A program made the translations under genes and the position numbers. The notes beneath the pieces are model-generated. The model did no database searches and had not been told where the DNA came from. It was given only the letters and a program-made list of their open reading frames with translations. Shown here piece by piece: positions 18,540 through 27,308 of a DNA stretch of 64,000 bases. Each line of letters starts with the position of its first letter. Position 1 is the stretch's first letter. This DNA comes from an uncultured Planctomycetaceae bacterium (GTDB taxonomy: Bacteria; Planctomycetota; Planctomycetia; Planctomycetales; Planctomycetaceae), in NCBI GenBank assembly GCA_963976765.1, contig CAXBME010000011.1, positions 124,001 to 188,000 on the forward strand. Reading direction: 5' to 3'.

Positions 18540-21500
18540 ATGGTGACCTCAACCTGTCCTGACCGTAACGATCTGCGATCGTTCCATCTGGGAATGCTCG
18601 ATGAGCGGCGCGAACTGGAAGTGCTCGACCACTTGAATGTGTGCCAGGCGTGCGAAGACACCGTCGCAAATCTGGAAGGCACCGTTGACTCACTGGTTGC
18701 CGCCGTGCGTGGTTCGGTTAACTCTGAAATAGCCGCTTCCAGCTCAGGAAATGAAGAAGACCGCCCTGCTCTGCAACAGGCGCTGGTGGTAATCGAAGGC
18801 TTTATCGATCAGCCAGTCTCGCCAGATGCGAAACAGGAGAAAGACGCGTCCCCCGTGTCGGAGCGAATTCGTGACTACGAGTTGCTCGGTACGCTGGGTG
18901 AAGGCGGCATGGGAACGGTTTATCGAGCCCGCCACACGCGACTGGATCGGCAGGTCGCTTTAAAGCTGCTGCCTGCTCGGCGACTTCGAGACAACGCAGC
19001 CGTTGCCCGGTTCGAGCGGGAAATGAAAGCGATTGGCCGGCTCGATCATCCGACGATTGTTCGAGCAACCGACGCAGGCGATGTCGACGGCACTCACTTT
19101 CTGGCAATGGATTATGTCGAAGGGATTGACCTGTCGAAACTCGTGCGGCTGGTCGGGCCACTCGACGTTGCCAGTGCCTGTGAGATCGTTCGCCAGGCGG
19201 CACTTGGCCTGGACTATGCCCATCGGCAGGATCTGATTCACCGCGACGTTAAGCCGTCAAACCTGATGCTGACGCTTCGTGGTGAGGTGCGAATTCTGGA
19301 TCTGGGCCTGGCGTTGTTCGGCGCGGCCAGCGAAGCACTCGACGAGTTAACAACCGTCGGACAGCTCATGGGCACGCTCGATTACATGGCTCCCGAACAA
19401 GGCGACAACAGCCACGACGTCGACGCACGTGCCGACGTCTACAGTCTGGGAGCAACCCTCTTCAAGCTGCTGACCGCGTCTGCACCGTACGATTCCCCCG
19501 ATCGCCGAACGCCACTCGCGAAGATGAAAGCGCTGGCCACAATCGATGCGCCTTCGGTGGCAGAACGACGCTCAGAGTTACCTGCCGACCTGGTGGCAGT
19601 GGTTGACCGCGCTTTGCTGCGAAGTGTCGACGAGCGGTTTGCGTCGGCGAAAGAGCTGGCAGATTCAATTCAGCCATTCTGCGAGGGGCACGTACTGAAA
19701 GATCTTGCCGAATGCGGCCGCGACCTCGCTCTGCGCGAGGATGAGAACGTTCCTCAACCGCCAACGTTGCCACCGTTTGTAAGTCGGCCAGATATCAGCG
19801 TCTCAAAAGAAACTCCGGATGCACAAATCCGTGCGACGGGAAACGAGCCTGGCCACGGACGTAAACTCGCCCGCTGGATACTGATTCCGATGTTCCTGCT
19901 TTCCGGGATCGTGACCTGGGTGCAGACCGACAATGGCACATTGTTGATCGAGGCGGATGAGAGTGTGTCGATCGAGATTCGCCGGACAGGAAAACCCGCT
20001 CAGCGCGAGACTCTGAACGTCGGACAGAACTCGCTGACAATCAGCAGCGGCGATTACGAGATCGTCCTTCCCAGAGAGTACGACTCGTTGAAGGTCGAGA
20101 ACGGGAAGTTCGAGCTGTCGCGCGGTGGAACATGGATCGCGCGAGTCACGAAGCAGGCTGCTCAGCCCGCACCGGCCACTGCCTTCCGACAACTTGCGGA
20201 CCTGCCCCAGCCGAATCCCTATCGACCGCAGCCGGATTCCAACGCCCCTTCGCCGGCCAGTTCCGATCCGTTTGCTCCGACCGTTTCCGGCGCGGTACTT
20301 CCTGCCTGGCAGGCAGGACCAGTCGAAGCAGAGTCCCCTCCGCGAAACCACGTGTTGACAGGAATCGACATCCCGTTCGAGCTGGAGACGACTGTCTGGG
20401 AAATCGATCAGAAGGCGATTCGGGAGGGCGTCACCGGGCCGCCGCTGCTGAGTCCGCGGTCGGCGATGGAGTTACTCGATCCGATCGTGCTGGGCGACTT
20501 CAAGTACCCGCACGAGGAGTTCAGGGATCAGTCACTGCCGCCGTTTGTACTGTATCGGACGCGTGAAAACGTCGCTCAGGTTCTGACCGCGCCGCCGCTC
20601 ATCAAGTGCGTCCGTAAAGTGAGGACCACACCCACGAAATCAGAACACGATCCTGAGCCCAAAGCGGGCCACGGTGCCTACACCGATGCGGATGCCGGGT
20701 TCATGACGAGCGACGGAAGTCGGTACAACCGCCGACTCGCGCCGTCACTCAACGCCGCCGGGCAGATGACGCTGACTCTGGAATTTGAACGGGCACTGCG
20801 CATCGGCGAACCGGGCGCCGAAGCGAGGACTCATCGCAAGACCTTCGCGGTTGACCCACTTCGTGAGGATGAAACGCTCGTCGTTCTGGAAGTGGATCCG
20901 GAAGCCGACAAAGTCTGGCTGTGGGAAATCAAGCCGGGGCAGAACGGACGGAATCTGCTGGCGAAATCAGTCTCGGCAACTCTCCCGACAGTCGCCTTGA
21001 AGGCAGCCGACGTGCCGTTCGGGCTGCGAACGACGGTCTGGCGGATCAATCAGAAAGTCCTCCGCAGCGGGGCGATTCAGCCGGTCACGATTCAGCCGTT
21101 GTCAGCGGCGGGGCTGCTCAATCGACTGGTGTCGTACAAGTTCTCGGGGCCGCAGCATCCTTATCCGGCGCTCGAAATGGCTCTCACTCGGACTGACGTT
21201 GGTGAGTTTCTGACGCAACCAGGGCTCGATCGCTGCTGCCAGCAAGTCAACATCTGGGACTCCCGACACGACTTCACGCGACAGGTCGGGCCGCTGTCCG
21301 GGCCGTTGAACAAGTTCGAGGGACTCGCTTCGGCCGCTGACAAACGGAAAATTGATCTGACGCTGACACCCGAGTTGAAAGAGTCGGGCGAGATCGCACT
21401 GAACCTGCTCGTCAAACGCGAGCCGGGCGACGACGCCGGAGTCTTCGCGGGTGATGTCCCTGTCGGAGCGCCGGCAACTCAGAGCTTCCGCATCGAAACG

Positions 21501-23282
21501 CTGGCGTTGCACGAGACGTTGATCGTGACGGAACTCGACCCGCTGGCCGATGAATTCCTCCTGTTCGAGATTCAGCCGGTGCGGGACGCGGCTTTCAAGA
21601 GCCCGTTCGCCGAGGTGAGGCCGGTCGCAACGACGCCGTATGTTGCCTCTCACTCCGTTCCGACAGTTGATCCGTCGGGACTGTCAGCGCCGCGACTGAT
21701 TCCCCCCGGCATGCGTGTCGTGACGGTCGCGACCGGCTCGAGTGGTTCGAACCACGATCTGATCAAACCGGGTGACCGGGTCGATCTGCTGGGCACATTT
21801 CCGCTGGAAACGGGGAACTCGGCGCAGCTTCAGGTTCAACAGATCGCCGAATCGCTGGAAGTCTTCACCACCGATGCAAACGCCCCGGAAGAACTACGAA
21901 ACCGCAACGTCGCCCTGCTGGTGACTCCGGACCAGGCACGAATCATCAAACTGGCGGAACACGTCGGGCGACTGCACATCGCGCTGCGTCACAACGGGGA
22001 CAATCCCACAACCAAGCCGGCAACGGCTCCAGGCCATCTTCGAGCTCTCGAAAAACTTCTGATGGGGCTGAGCATACCAGCAAACGACAGGCAGTCCGAA
22101 CCTGTTTACAGCGGAAAAACGTTCGAAGACTGGAAGCGAGTCGTTGACACTGAACGCAACCCGGCGGACCTCGTCGAAGCCGTGCAGGCTTTGACGATTC
22201 TTGGCAAGGACCGTCGAGATTCTGAAGCGGCAACGGCAGTCCTGAATTGTCTGGCACCATTTTCCCCGGACAGCCGGCTTCGAAAGACGCCTGAAGGCAA
22301 ATTAATCGACACCATCCAGGACCGCTTCTGGCAACTCGACAGAGCGGCGCTGACGGCAGTTCTGGTCGAGACAATTCAGCTCGGCAACTCAAACCAGCGA
22401 CGATTCATTCTTGTACTGAACGAATCGCGTCTCAAGAAGATGGTGGAGCCAGATGGCCCTTTGCTTACTTCTCACATGGTGAATGTTCTGGTTGAAGCAA
22501 CCGGTGATGCCGATCCAGACACGCGTCGGGCCGCGACCGTCTTCCTGACACCACTTCTGCTGGGCAACACTGTTTCCCTGCCGGACGCAGAACTCGGTCG
22601 TGTGACGTCGCGGCTGAAGGAGTTGCTCGGTGACGAAAAGGCGAACCTGGCTGCTGCGGTCTGCCTCAGCCAGCTCGCCCCGGAAACGGAAGGTCTTCCA
22701 AAGATTCTGCTGTCAGGGATCGAGGAATTTCTGGCGAACGAGACAGATCGTACGTTGCAGTTGACTGATTCGTACTGGGCATTGAGGAAGCTCATTGTTC
22801 AGGACCAGTCCGTTCAGGAAAAGCTGACTCCGCAACTGCTGGAGCTGCTGAAAAAACAACGGACCAAACCATCCGCTCATGTTTTCTCAATTGACTACTG
22901 CAATTTCGACCATGAGTGCCTGATTGCTGAGGTGTTGGTTGCCGGAAAACGACGTTCGGACACCGAGTCGAAACAGATTCAGGTAGCGTTGCTGGAGGTT
23001 TTCTCAACAGCGACCCGACTGGCAAGACCAGCCTCCGCCCGGGAAGAGTTCGGCGCCGGGGCCTTTCAGAAACTGGAGTTAACTGAGAATTCTCCGAAGA
23101 CCGATACCACCGCTTACACACCAGTTCTGACAGACGACTATAGACTTCCACTGCCGCCAGAATTTCGTCGTCAGCGCGCCCCCGACGGACGGCAGGCAGA
23201 TGCCGCAGTCACCGCTGCTGCTGCTGCCTGGGCATTGGAGCAGCTTAAGGTAAACGGCACGGAACAGTCCGATCAGGACTGA
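18540..23282 (+). CDS. Membrane Ser/Thr protein kinase with N-terminal ZAS-like zinc finger, duplicated unknown domain, RcpC/CpaB domain and HEAT-like repeats
   Basis: HLNVCQAC; kinase motifs LGEGGMGTVY, VALK, HRDVKPSN, DLG and GTLDYMAPE; TM WILIPMFLLSGIVTWV; CpaB-like IPPGMRVVTV...IKPGDRVDLL...VALLVTPDQA...LHIALR. ATG 18540 has GGAG upstream. Confidence 0.9.
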   Translation: MVTSTCPDRNDLRSFHLGMLDERRELEVLDHLNVCQACEDTVANLEGTVDSLVAAVRGSVNSEIAASSSGNEEDRPALQQALVVIEGFIDQPVSPDAKQEKDASPVSERIRDYELLGTLGEGGMGTVYRARHTRLDRQVALKLLPARRLRDNAAVARFEREMKAIGRLDHPTIVRATDAGDVDGTHFLAMDYVEGIDLSKLVRLVGPLDVASACEIVRQAALGLDYAHRQDLIHRDVKPSNLMLTLRGEVRILDLGLALFGAASEALDELTTVGQLMGTLDYMAPEQGDNSHDVDARADVYSLGATLFKLLTASAPYDSPDRRTPLAKMKALATIDAPSVAERRSELPADLVAVVDRALLRSVDERFASAKELADSIQPFCEGHVLKDLAECGRDLALREDENVPQPPTLPPFVSRPDISVSKETPDAQIRATGNEPGHGRKLARWILIPMFLLSGIVTWVQTDNGTLLIEADESVSIEIRRTGKPAQRETLNVGQNSLTISSGDYEIVLPREYDSLKVENGKFELSRGGTWIARVTKQAAQPAPATAFRQLADLPQPNPYRPQPDSNAPSPASSDPFAPTVSGAVLPAWQAGPVEAESPPRNHVLTGIDIPFELETTVWEIDQKAIREGVTGPPLLSPRSAMELLDPIVLGDFKYPHEEFRDQSLPPFVLYRTRENVAQVLTAPPLIKCVRKVRTTPTKSEHDPEPKAGHGAYTDADAGFMTSDGSRYNRRLAPSLNAAGQMTLTLEFERALRIGEPGAEARTHRKTFAVDPLREDETLVVLEVDPEADKVWLWEIKPGQNGRNLLAKSVSATLPTVALKAADVPFGLRTTVWRINQKVLRSGAIQPVTIQPLSAAGLLNRLVSYKFSGPQHPYPALEMALTRTDVGEFLTQPGLDRCCQQVNIWDSRHDFTRQVGPLSGPLNKFEGLASAADKRKIDLTLTPELKESGEIALNLLVKREPGDDAGVFAGDVPVGAPATQSFRIETLALHETLIVTELDPLADEFLLFEIQPVRDAAFKSPFAEVRPVATTPYVASHSVPTVDPSGLSAPRLIPPGMRVVTVATGSSGSNHDLIKPGDRVDLLGTFPLETGNSAQLQVQQIAESLEVFTTDANAPEELRNRNVALLVTPDQARIIKLAEHVGRLHIALRHNGDNPTTKPATAPGHLRALEKLLMGLSIPANDRQSEPVYSGKTFEDWKRVVDTERNPADLVEAVQALTILGKDRRDSEAATAVLNCLAPFSPDSRLRKTPEGKLIDTIQDRFWQLDRAALTAVLVETIQLGNSNQRRFILVLNESRLKKMVEPDGPLLTSHMVNVLVEATGDADPDTRRAATVFLTPLLLGNTVSLPDAELGRVTSRLKELLGDEKANLAAAVCLSQLAPETEGLPKILLSGIEEFLANETDRTLQLTDSYWALRKLIVQDQSVQEKLTPQLLELLKKQRTKPSAHVFSIDYCNFDHECLIAEVLVAGKRRSDTESKQIQVALLEVFSTATRLARPASAREEFGAGAFQKLELTENSPKTDTTAYTPVLTDDYRLPLPPEFRRQRAPDGRQADAAVTAAAAAWALEQLKVNGTEQSDQD

Positions 23283-23387
23283 GAGGAAGTCGCGTTGCTA
23301 CGAACTTTAAGAAAGCCTTAACCTGTCCGCTCCGCGAAAGACTGCCGGCTGGTTTTAATCTGAAATTCGACATTTGAAGGGCCGAAC

Positions 23388-23612
23388 ATGGACGTTCGAC
23401 ACTTGCTGCTAAGCTGTCTTGCCACGGTGTTCCTTTGTGGATGCACCGTCAGCGGGTCGAAAGACGCGAATTGTGAAAAAAAGTCGACGCTCAACATCGG
23501 CCCGCTGGTTGGACTGGTGGGCATGGCCGTCGACGGGGACGACAAAGACGACTACGAACACTTCTTCGACGACCACAATCACCGCTGCAAGTGTAAAAAG
23601 TGCAAGCACTGA
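23388..23612 (+). CDS. Small lipoprotein with Asp/His/Cys-rich C-terminus
   Basis: GAAGG upstream; signal peptide ending LCGC (lipobox-like); tail HFFDDHNHRCKCKKCKH. Confidence 0.65.
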   Translation: MDVRHLLLSCLATVFLCGCTVSGSKDANCEKKSTLNIGPLVGLVGMAVDGDDKDDYEHFFDDHNHRCKCKKCKH

Positions 23613-23738
23613 TCGTCGTCCAGTTTGCGGAGTCTTTATCTTTTTAACCGGCAGCGCCGGTGATCTACCGATGAGTAAGTTCAGACGCAGTTGCTTACCG
23701 GGCCAGCCACACTGGCCCCAACCGGCCGCCTCGAATCG

Positions 23739-24638
23739 CTAAGATCTTGTGGTTTCGCCACGTTCCAGGCTCGCGATTAACCGTCCGGCCACGTCGATGC
23801 CATTCGTCCTGGAAAACGCCTTCCACCCGGGCACAGCGTTCGCCTCGATCACAAAACAACGCCCGGTCTCGTCGTACAGCAGATCGATCCCACAGATTCT
23901 CGCCCCCACGGTTTCAGCAGCGACAAGTGCTGTTTCGGACTCGACTTCCGTCACCGGATGCGTCTCGGTTCGAGCAGATCGCGACACGTTTGTCCGAAAG
24001 TCGTCGGTCGAGGATCGCTTCATCGCTCCCAGAATCTGACCATCCAGGATCAGCACACGGACATCAAAACCTGGATGTCGAATAAATTCCTGGAGATACA
24101 GAACCGCCCCTGTCCGTTCCAGAGTGCGAAAGGTTCGGAAGGCCAGATCCGGATCGCTGACGCGGCAGATCCCACGCCCTTCCGCTCCAAACAACGGCTT
24201 CACCACAACATCGCCGCCTAGCCGAATGAACGCGTCCATCGCCGCTTCTGAATCCTGACACGTCACCGTCGCCGGAACAGTCAGCCCCGCCGCTTCCAGC
24301 CGAGCCGTCGTCAGGAATTTGTCGACGGCACATTCCATCGACCGTGGAGAATTAACAACGGTGACACCTGCAGCCACAAGGCGAGCCAGCGCGTCCATTC
24401 GGAAAACGACCTGTTCTAAAGATCCAGGTGGCATGGTCCGGACGATAACTGCGTCGAATGATGTGAGATCATGCTCGGCGCAGGCGACAATCTTTCTGCC
24501 AACATGACCAAGCTCGCCGCAAGACACCGAGACAAGCGGAAACTCAACGCGCAGACACTCGTGGCCGCGCTCGGTCGCTGCGCGAGAAATGTCCTCGCCG
24601 TACCAGCTGCCTTCATTACCCAGGATTCCGATTCTCAC
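23739..24638 (-). CDS. RimK-family ATP-grasp ligase (H4MPT-pathway Orf5 / MptN-like alpha-L-glutamate ligase)
   Basis: VRTMPPGSLEQVVFRMDAL, VVKPLFGAEGRG, YLQEFI, FRTNVS and EANAVPGW. Directly downstream of mch. GTG 24638 has GGGAG upstream. Confidence 0.88.
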   Translation of the reverse strand: MRIGILGNEGSWYGEDISRAATERGHECLRVEFPLVSVSCGELGHVGRKIVACAEHDLTSFDAVIVRTMPPGSLEQVVFRMDALARLVAAGVTVVNSPRSMECAVDKFLTTARLEAAGLTVPATVTCQDSEAAMDAFIRLGGDVVVKPLFGAEGRGICRVSDPDLAFRTFRTLERTGAVLYLQEFIRHPGFDVRVLILDGQILGAMKRSSTDDFRTNVSRSARTETHPVTEVESETALVAAETVGARICGIDLLYDETGRCFVIEANAVPGWKAFSRTNGIDVAGRLIASLERGETTRS

Positions 24639-24772
24639 GCGACACGACTCCCTAAGTCGACTGTGTTCCGGATCATCTCCAGAGGATGCGTGCAGTGCGT
24701 CACTGCTTCCGCCAGTACAAATCTGACAACAACCATCAGCTCGACACTGCCAGATTTGAATCGCCGAAAAGA

Positions 24773-24795
24773 GCACCGGCAGAGCCGGGTGGCAC
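24773..24795. repeat. REP-like palindrome GCACCGGCAGAGCCGGGTGGCAC
   Basis: Variant of the reverse complement of 12842-12863, with a compensatory stem change (CTGGC/GCCAG to CCGGC/GCCGG). Confidence 0.5.
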
Positions 24796-24811
24796 AGGGT
24801 ACGAAACGTAA

Positions 24812-25810
24812 TCACACACCGAACGATTGCCGAAGAACGTCCGGAGCCGTCTTGCCAAAGCAGAACGCGCTCCCAGTTTCGATGTTGTGAAAAACGATCT
24901 CAGCCGGACTGAAAAGCATTGGATCAATCCTGTAGAAGTCGTGACCGGCTTCGCGGAAAATATCGATGAATGGCTTCCCGTAACCTTCTGCCGCAGACGC
25001 CGGAACCTTCGGACCGATCTGCGTCAGCGATTCATCGTCGCCAGTTACCCACAACGTGACACGACCGCCGTACAGAATGGCGTCATTCGTTCGGCCGATG
25101 CCGGCCAGGTCATCCTTAGCGACCGGCGGCAGCGGTGCCGTTCCGAAACCACTCACAATCCGCCGCACATCGAAGCCCAGTTCGAACAGTTTGTGCAGCG
25201 ACGTTTCTACCGATCGAGCCACCACCTGTATCGTTCCTGCCATACTCGCCGTTGGGGCCACCGCCAGCGTCACGCCGCTCGGAGCGACTCCGCAACGTTC
25301 CGCCAGGTAACTGGCGACGTTTTCGTCCGGCAAAGTCGACGCTTCGAGAACACCGAGCACTGCGTCCGGCGCCTCATCCCACGGCAGCTTCTCGAAAAGT
25401 TCCTCGCGGGCAGCCGCCGCACGCATCGGTCCGGAACCCATTCCGAAGTAATCGCCGACTGAAACCCGCCACCCGGCGTACTGACTAAGCAGGCACGCTT
25501 CGACAGGATCGTCCGTCTGGACCTGCACGAGAGGAAATCCAGTTCCGTCCACATGCCCCGAAGCCAGCGTCACGTCTCCCATCCCGGCCATGCAGAGGCG
25601 TGCCAGCAGCAATCCGGCCTGCAAACTCCCAGGAGTGTCGACGCCAAAATCGAGCACGGTCCCTCCGCCAGTCAACGGTCGCTCAGCCGCGCCGATACTG
25701 TCATACGTTCGTTGAAGCGTTGCTGCATTCAATACCTGAAAAGCCCGCTCATTGAGCGATTGCCTTTTCAACGATGCATTTCCAGCGGCAGCGTTCGAAT
25801 CAACACTCAT
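24812..25810 (-). CDS. mch: Methenyltetrahydromethanopterin cyclohydrolase
   Basis: ACLLSQYAGW, GMGSGPMRA, QVVARSVETSLHKL, GRTNDAILYGG and DFYRIDPMLFSPA. Start set at ATG 25810. Confidence 0.95.
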   Translation of the reverse strand: MSVDSNAAAGNASLKRQSLNERAFQVLNAATLQRTYDSIGAAERPLTGGGTVLDFGVDTPGSLQAGLLLARLCMAGMGDVTLASGHVDGTGFPLVQVQTDDPVEACLLSQYAGWRVSVGDYFGMGSGPMRAAAAREELFEKLPWDEAPDAVLGVLEASTLPDENVASYLAERCGVAPSGVTLAVAPTASMAGTIQVVARSVETSLHKLFELGFDVRRIVSGFGTAPLPPVAKDDLAGIGRTNDAILYGGRVTLWVTGDDESLTQIGPKVPASAAEGYGKPFIDIFREAGHDFYRIDPMLFSPAEIVFHNIETGSAFCFGKTAPDVLRQSFGV

Positions 25811-25850
25811 TACGATTCCGTCTAAGGCAGCGAATAAACATTCCGCCTGT

Positions 25851-25905
25851 GCAGGGTGAGCATCGCCCACCAACTCGAATTAACTGGTGGCAGTGCCCAC
25901 CCTAC
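25851..25905. repeat. GTAG-type REP doublet (REPIN-like)
   Basis: GCAGGGTGAGCATCGCCCACCA ... TGGTGGCAGTGCCCACCCTAC, an inverted pair ending in CTAC. Confidence 0.6.
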
Positions 25906-25998
25906 CGGTAAGCACGCCTATCCATGAAGTTCGGCGAATTATTCCGGCCCACGGACGGCGACGCAACGCCCGGCCCCGACATCGTTAATTCGTAATCC

Positions 25999-27276
25999 TC
26001 AAACGTCGACGGCCAACTCCGAAGCCAGCTTCATGGCCTCCGTCGATGTCCTGATCTGAAGGTTCAACTGAGCATCGCGAACCTGATCGAGAACATCCTT
26101 GAACTGCGGACCAGGCCGGAATCCTGCCTTGATCAGATCGTCGCCGGAGATCAGCGGCGGCGGATCGAGAATTTCTCTCGGCGTGGTCCGAAGGTAGTCA
26201 TCGCAGAAAATGGCGTCATCCGGATGCTGGCCATTCGCCAAATCCCGGACGCGAATCAGCGCGATCAGGTCTGGGGCCAGCCGCTGAGACAGAACTCGCT
26301 TCAACATTACTAGCCCCAGCGTTGCCGCGTCGTCGAGTGAACGGCGATGCTTCAGCAGCCAACCAGTGTCATTGATTTCCTGATTGGAAAGTTTCAGTCG
26401 CCGCCCGGTCTGATCCGCTAACTCTGAAACAGCGCCGTCGCTTTCGCTACCGCACTCGCCAGCGGCTTCCAGCAGCACGGCAAACGCCAGAGCTACATCC
26501 GGTTCGACCAACAGTCTTAAACTACTTGTCAGCCGTGACCAGCGGTTGGCGTCCTGAGTCACCGGTTCAAGTTCCGGCAGAACCCGAACGAGCAAACCAA
26601 CCTCGTGGCAAAGTGCGACGGCTCGATGACGGTGCTGATCAATCAACATGCGACGCAGTTCCTGCGCAATCCGCTCGGCGCTCACAACTGAAATCTGATC
26701 AGCCATTGAACGAACGGCGTCAGCAGTTGCTTCGTCCAGGTCGAATTCGAACGTCGCGGCAAACCGGACGGCACGCAACATCCGCAGTTTGTCTTCTGCC
26801 ATCCTCGCGTAAGGATCGCCGATCGCCCGCACCACTCCAGCCGCCAGATCTTTCTCCCCGCCGACGAAGTCCAGCACCTGCTTGTTCAGCGGGTCGTAGA
26901 ACATCCCGTTGATTGTAAAATCCCGGCGTTGCGCGTCCTCTTCGGGGGAACTGAATACGACCGACTCAGGCCGTCGGCCGTCAACGTAGCAGCCATCAGT
27001 TCGAAACGTGGCGACTTCGACCTGTCCGGCGGACTTTGGACCGAGCACAACGATCACTCCGAAACTCTCGCCCACGCTGAGCGTTCGTCGTTTTCCGAAA
27101 ACATCCCGAACCTGTTCGGGACGAGCGTTCGTGGCAACGTCGTAGTCTTTCGGCTGGCGACCGACCAGCAGATCCCGCACGCAGCCACCCGCCCACAGCG
27201 CTGTGAAACCGGCATCCGTCAATTGCCGGACGACCTGCTCGGCAAACTCTCGCGGTGACACAGTCACGTCAATCAA
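25999..27276 (-). CDS. cca: Class II tRNA nucleotidyltransferase (CCA-adding enzyme family)
   Basis: GGCVRDLL, DYDVAT, EVATFR, RRDFTIN, EDKLRMLRAVRF and SAERI. Confidence 0.88.
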   Translation of the reverse strand: MIDVTVSPREFAEQVVRQLTDAGFTALWAGGCVRDLLVGRQPKDYDVATNARPEQVRDVFGKRRTLSVGESFGVIVVLGPKSAGQVEVATFRTDGCYVDGRRPESVVFSSPEEDAQRRDFTINGMFYDPLNKQVLDFVGGEKDLAAGVVRAIGDPYARMAEDKLRMLRAVRFAATFEFDLDEATADAVRSMADQISVVSAERIAQELRRMLIDQHRHRAVALCHEVGLLVRVLPELEPVTQDANRWSRLTSSLRLLVEPDVALAFAVLLEAAGECGSESDGAVSELADQTGRRLKLSNQEINDTGWLLKHRRSLDDAATLGLVMLKRVLSQRLAPDLIALIRVRDLANGQHPDDAIFCDDYLRTTPREILDPPPLISGDDLIKAGFRPGPQFKDVLDQVRDAQLNLQIRTSTEAMKLASELAVDV

Positions 27277-27308
27277 CCCTTCGCCAGGTCTGAATGAATT
27301 GTCGTTTT

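Noticed and set aside
24639..24815. N-terminal extension of the RimK-like ORF overlapping mch
   Set aside because: It translates a spacer containing a REP-like palindrome. The family-like sequence starts at GTG 24638.
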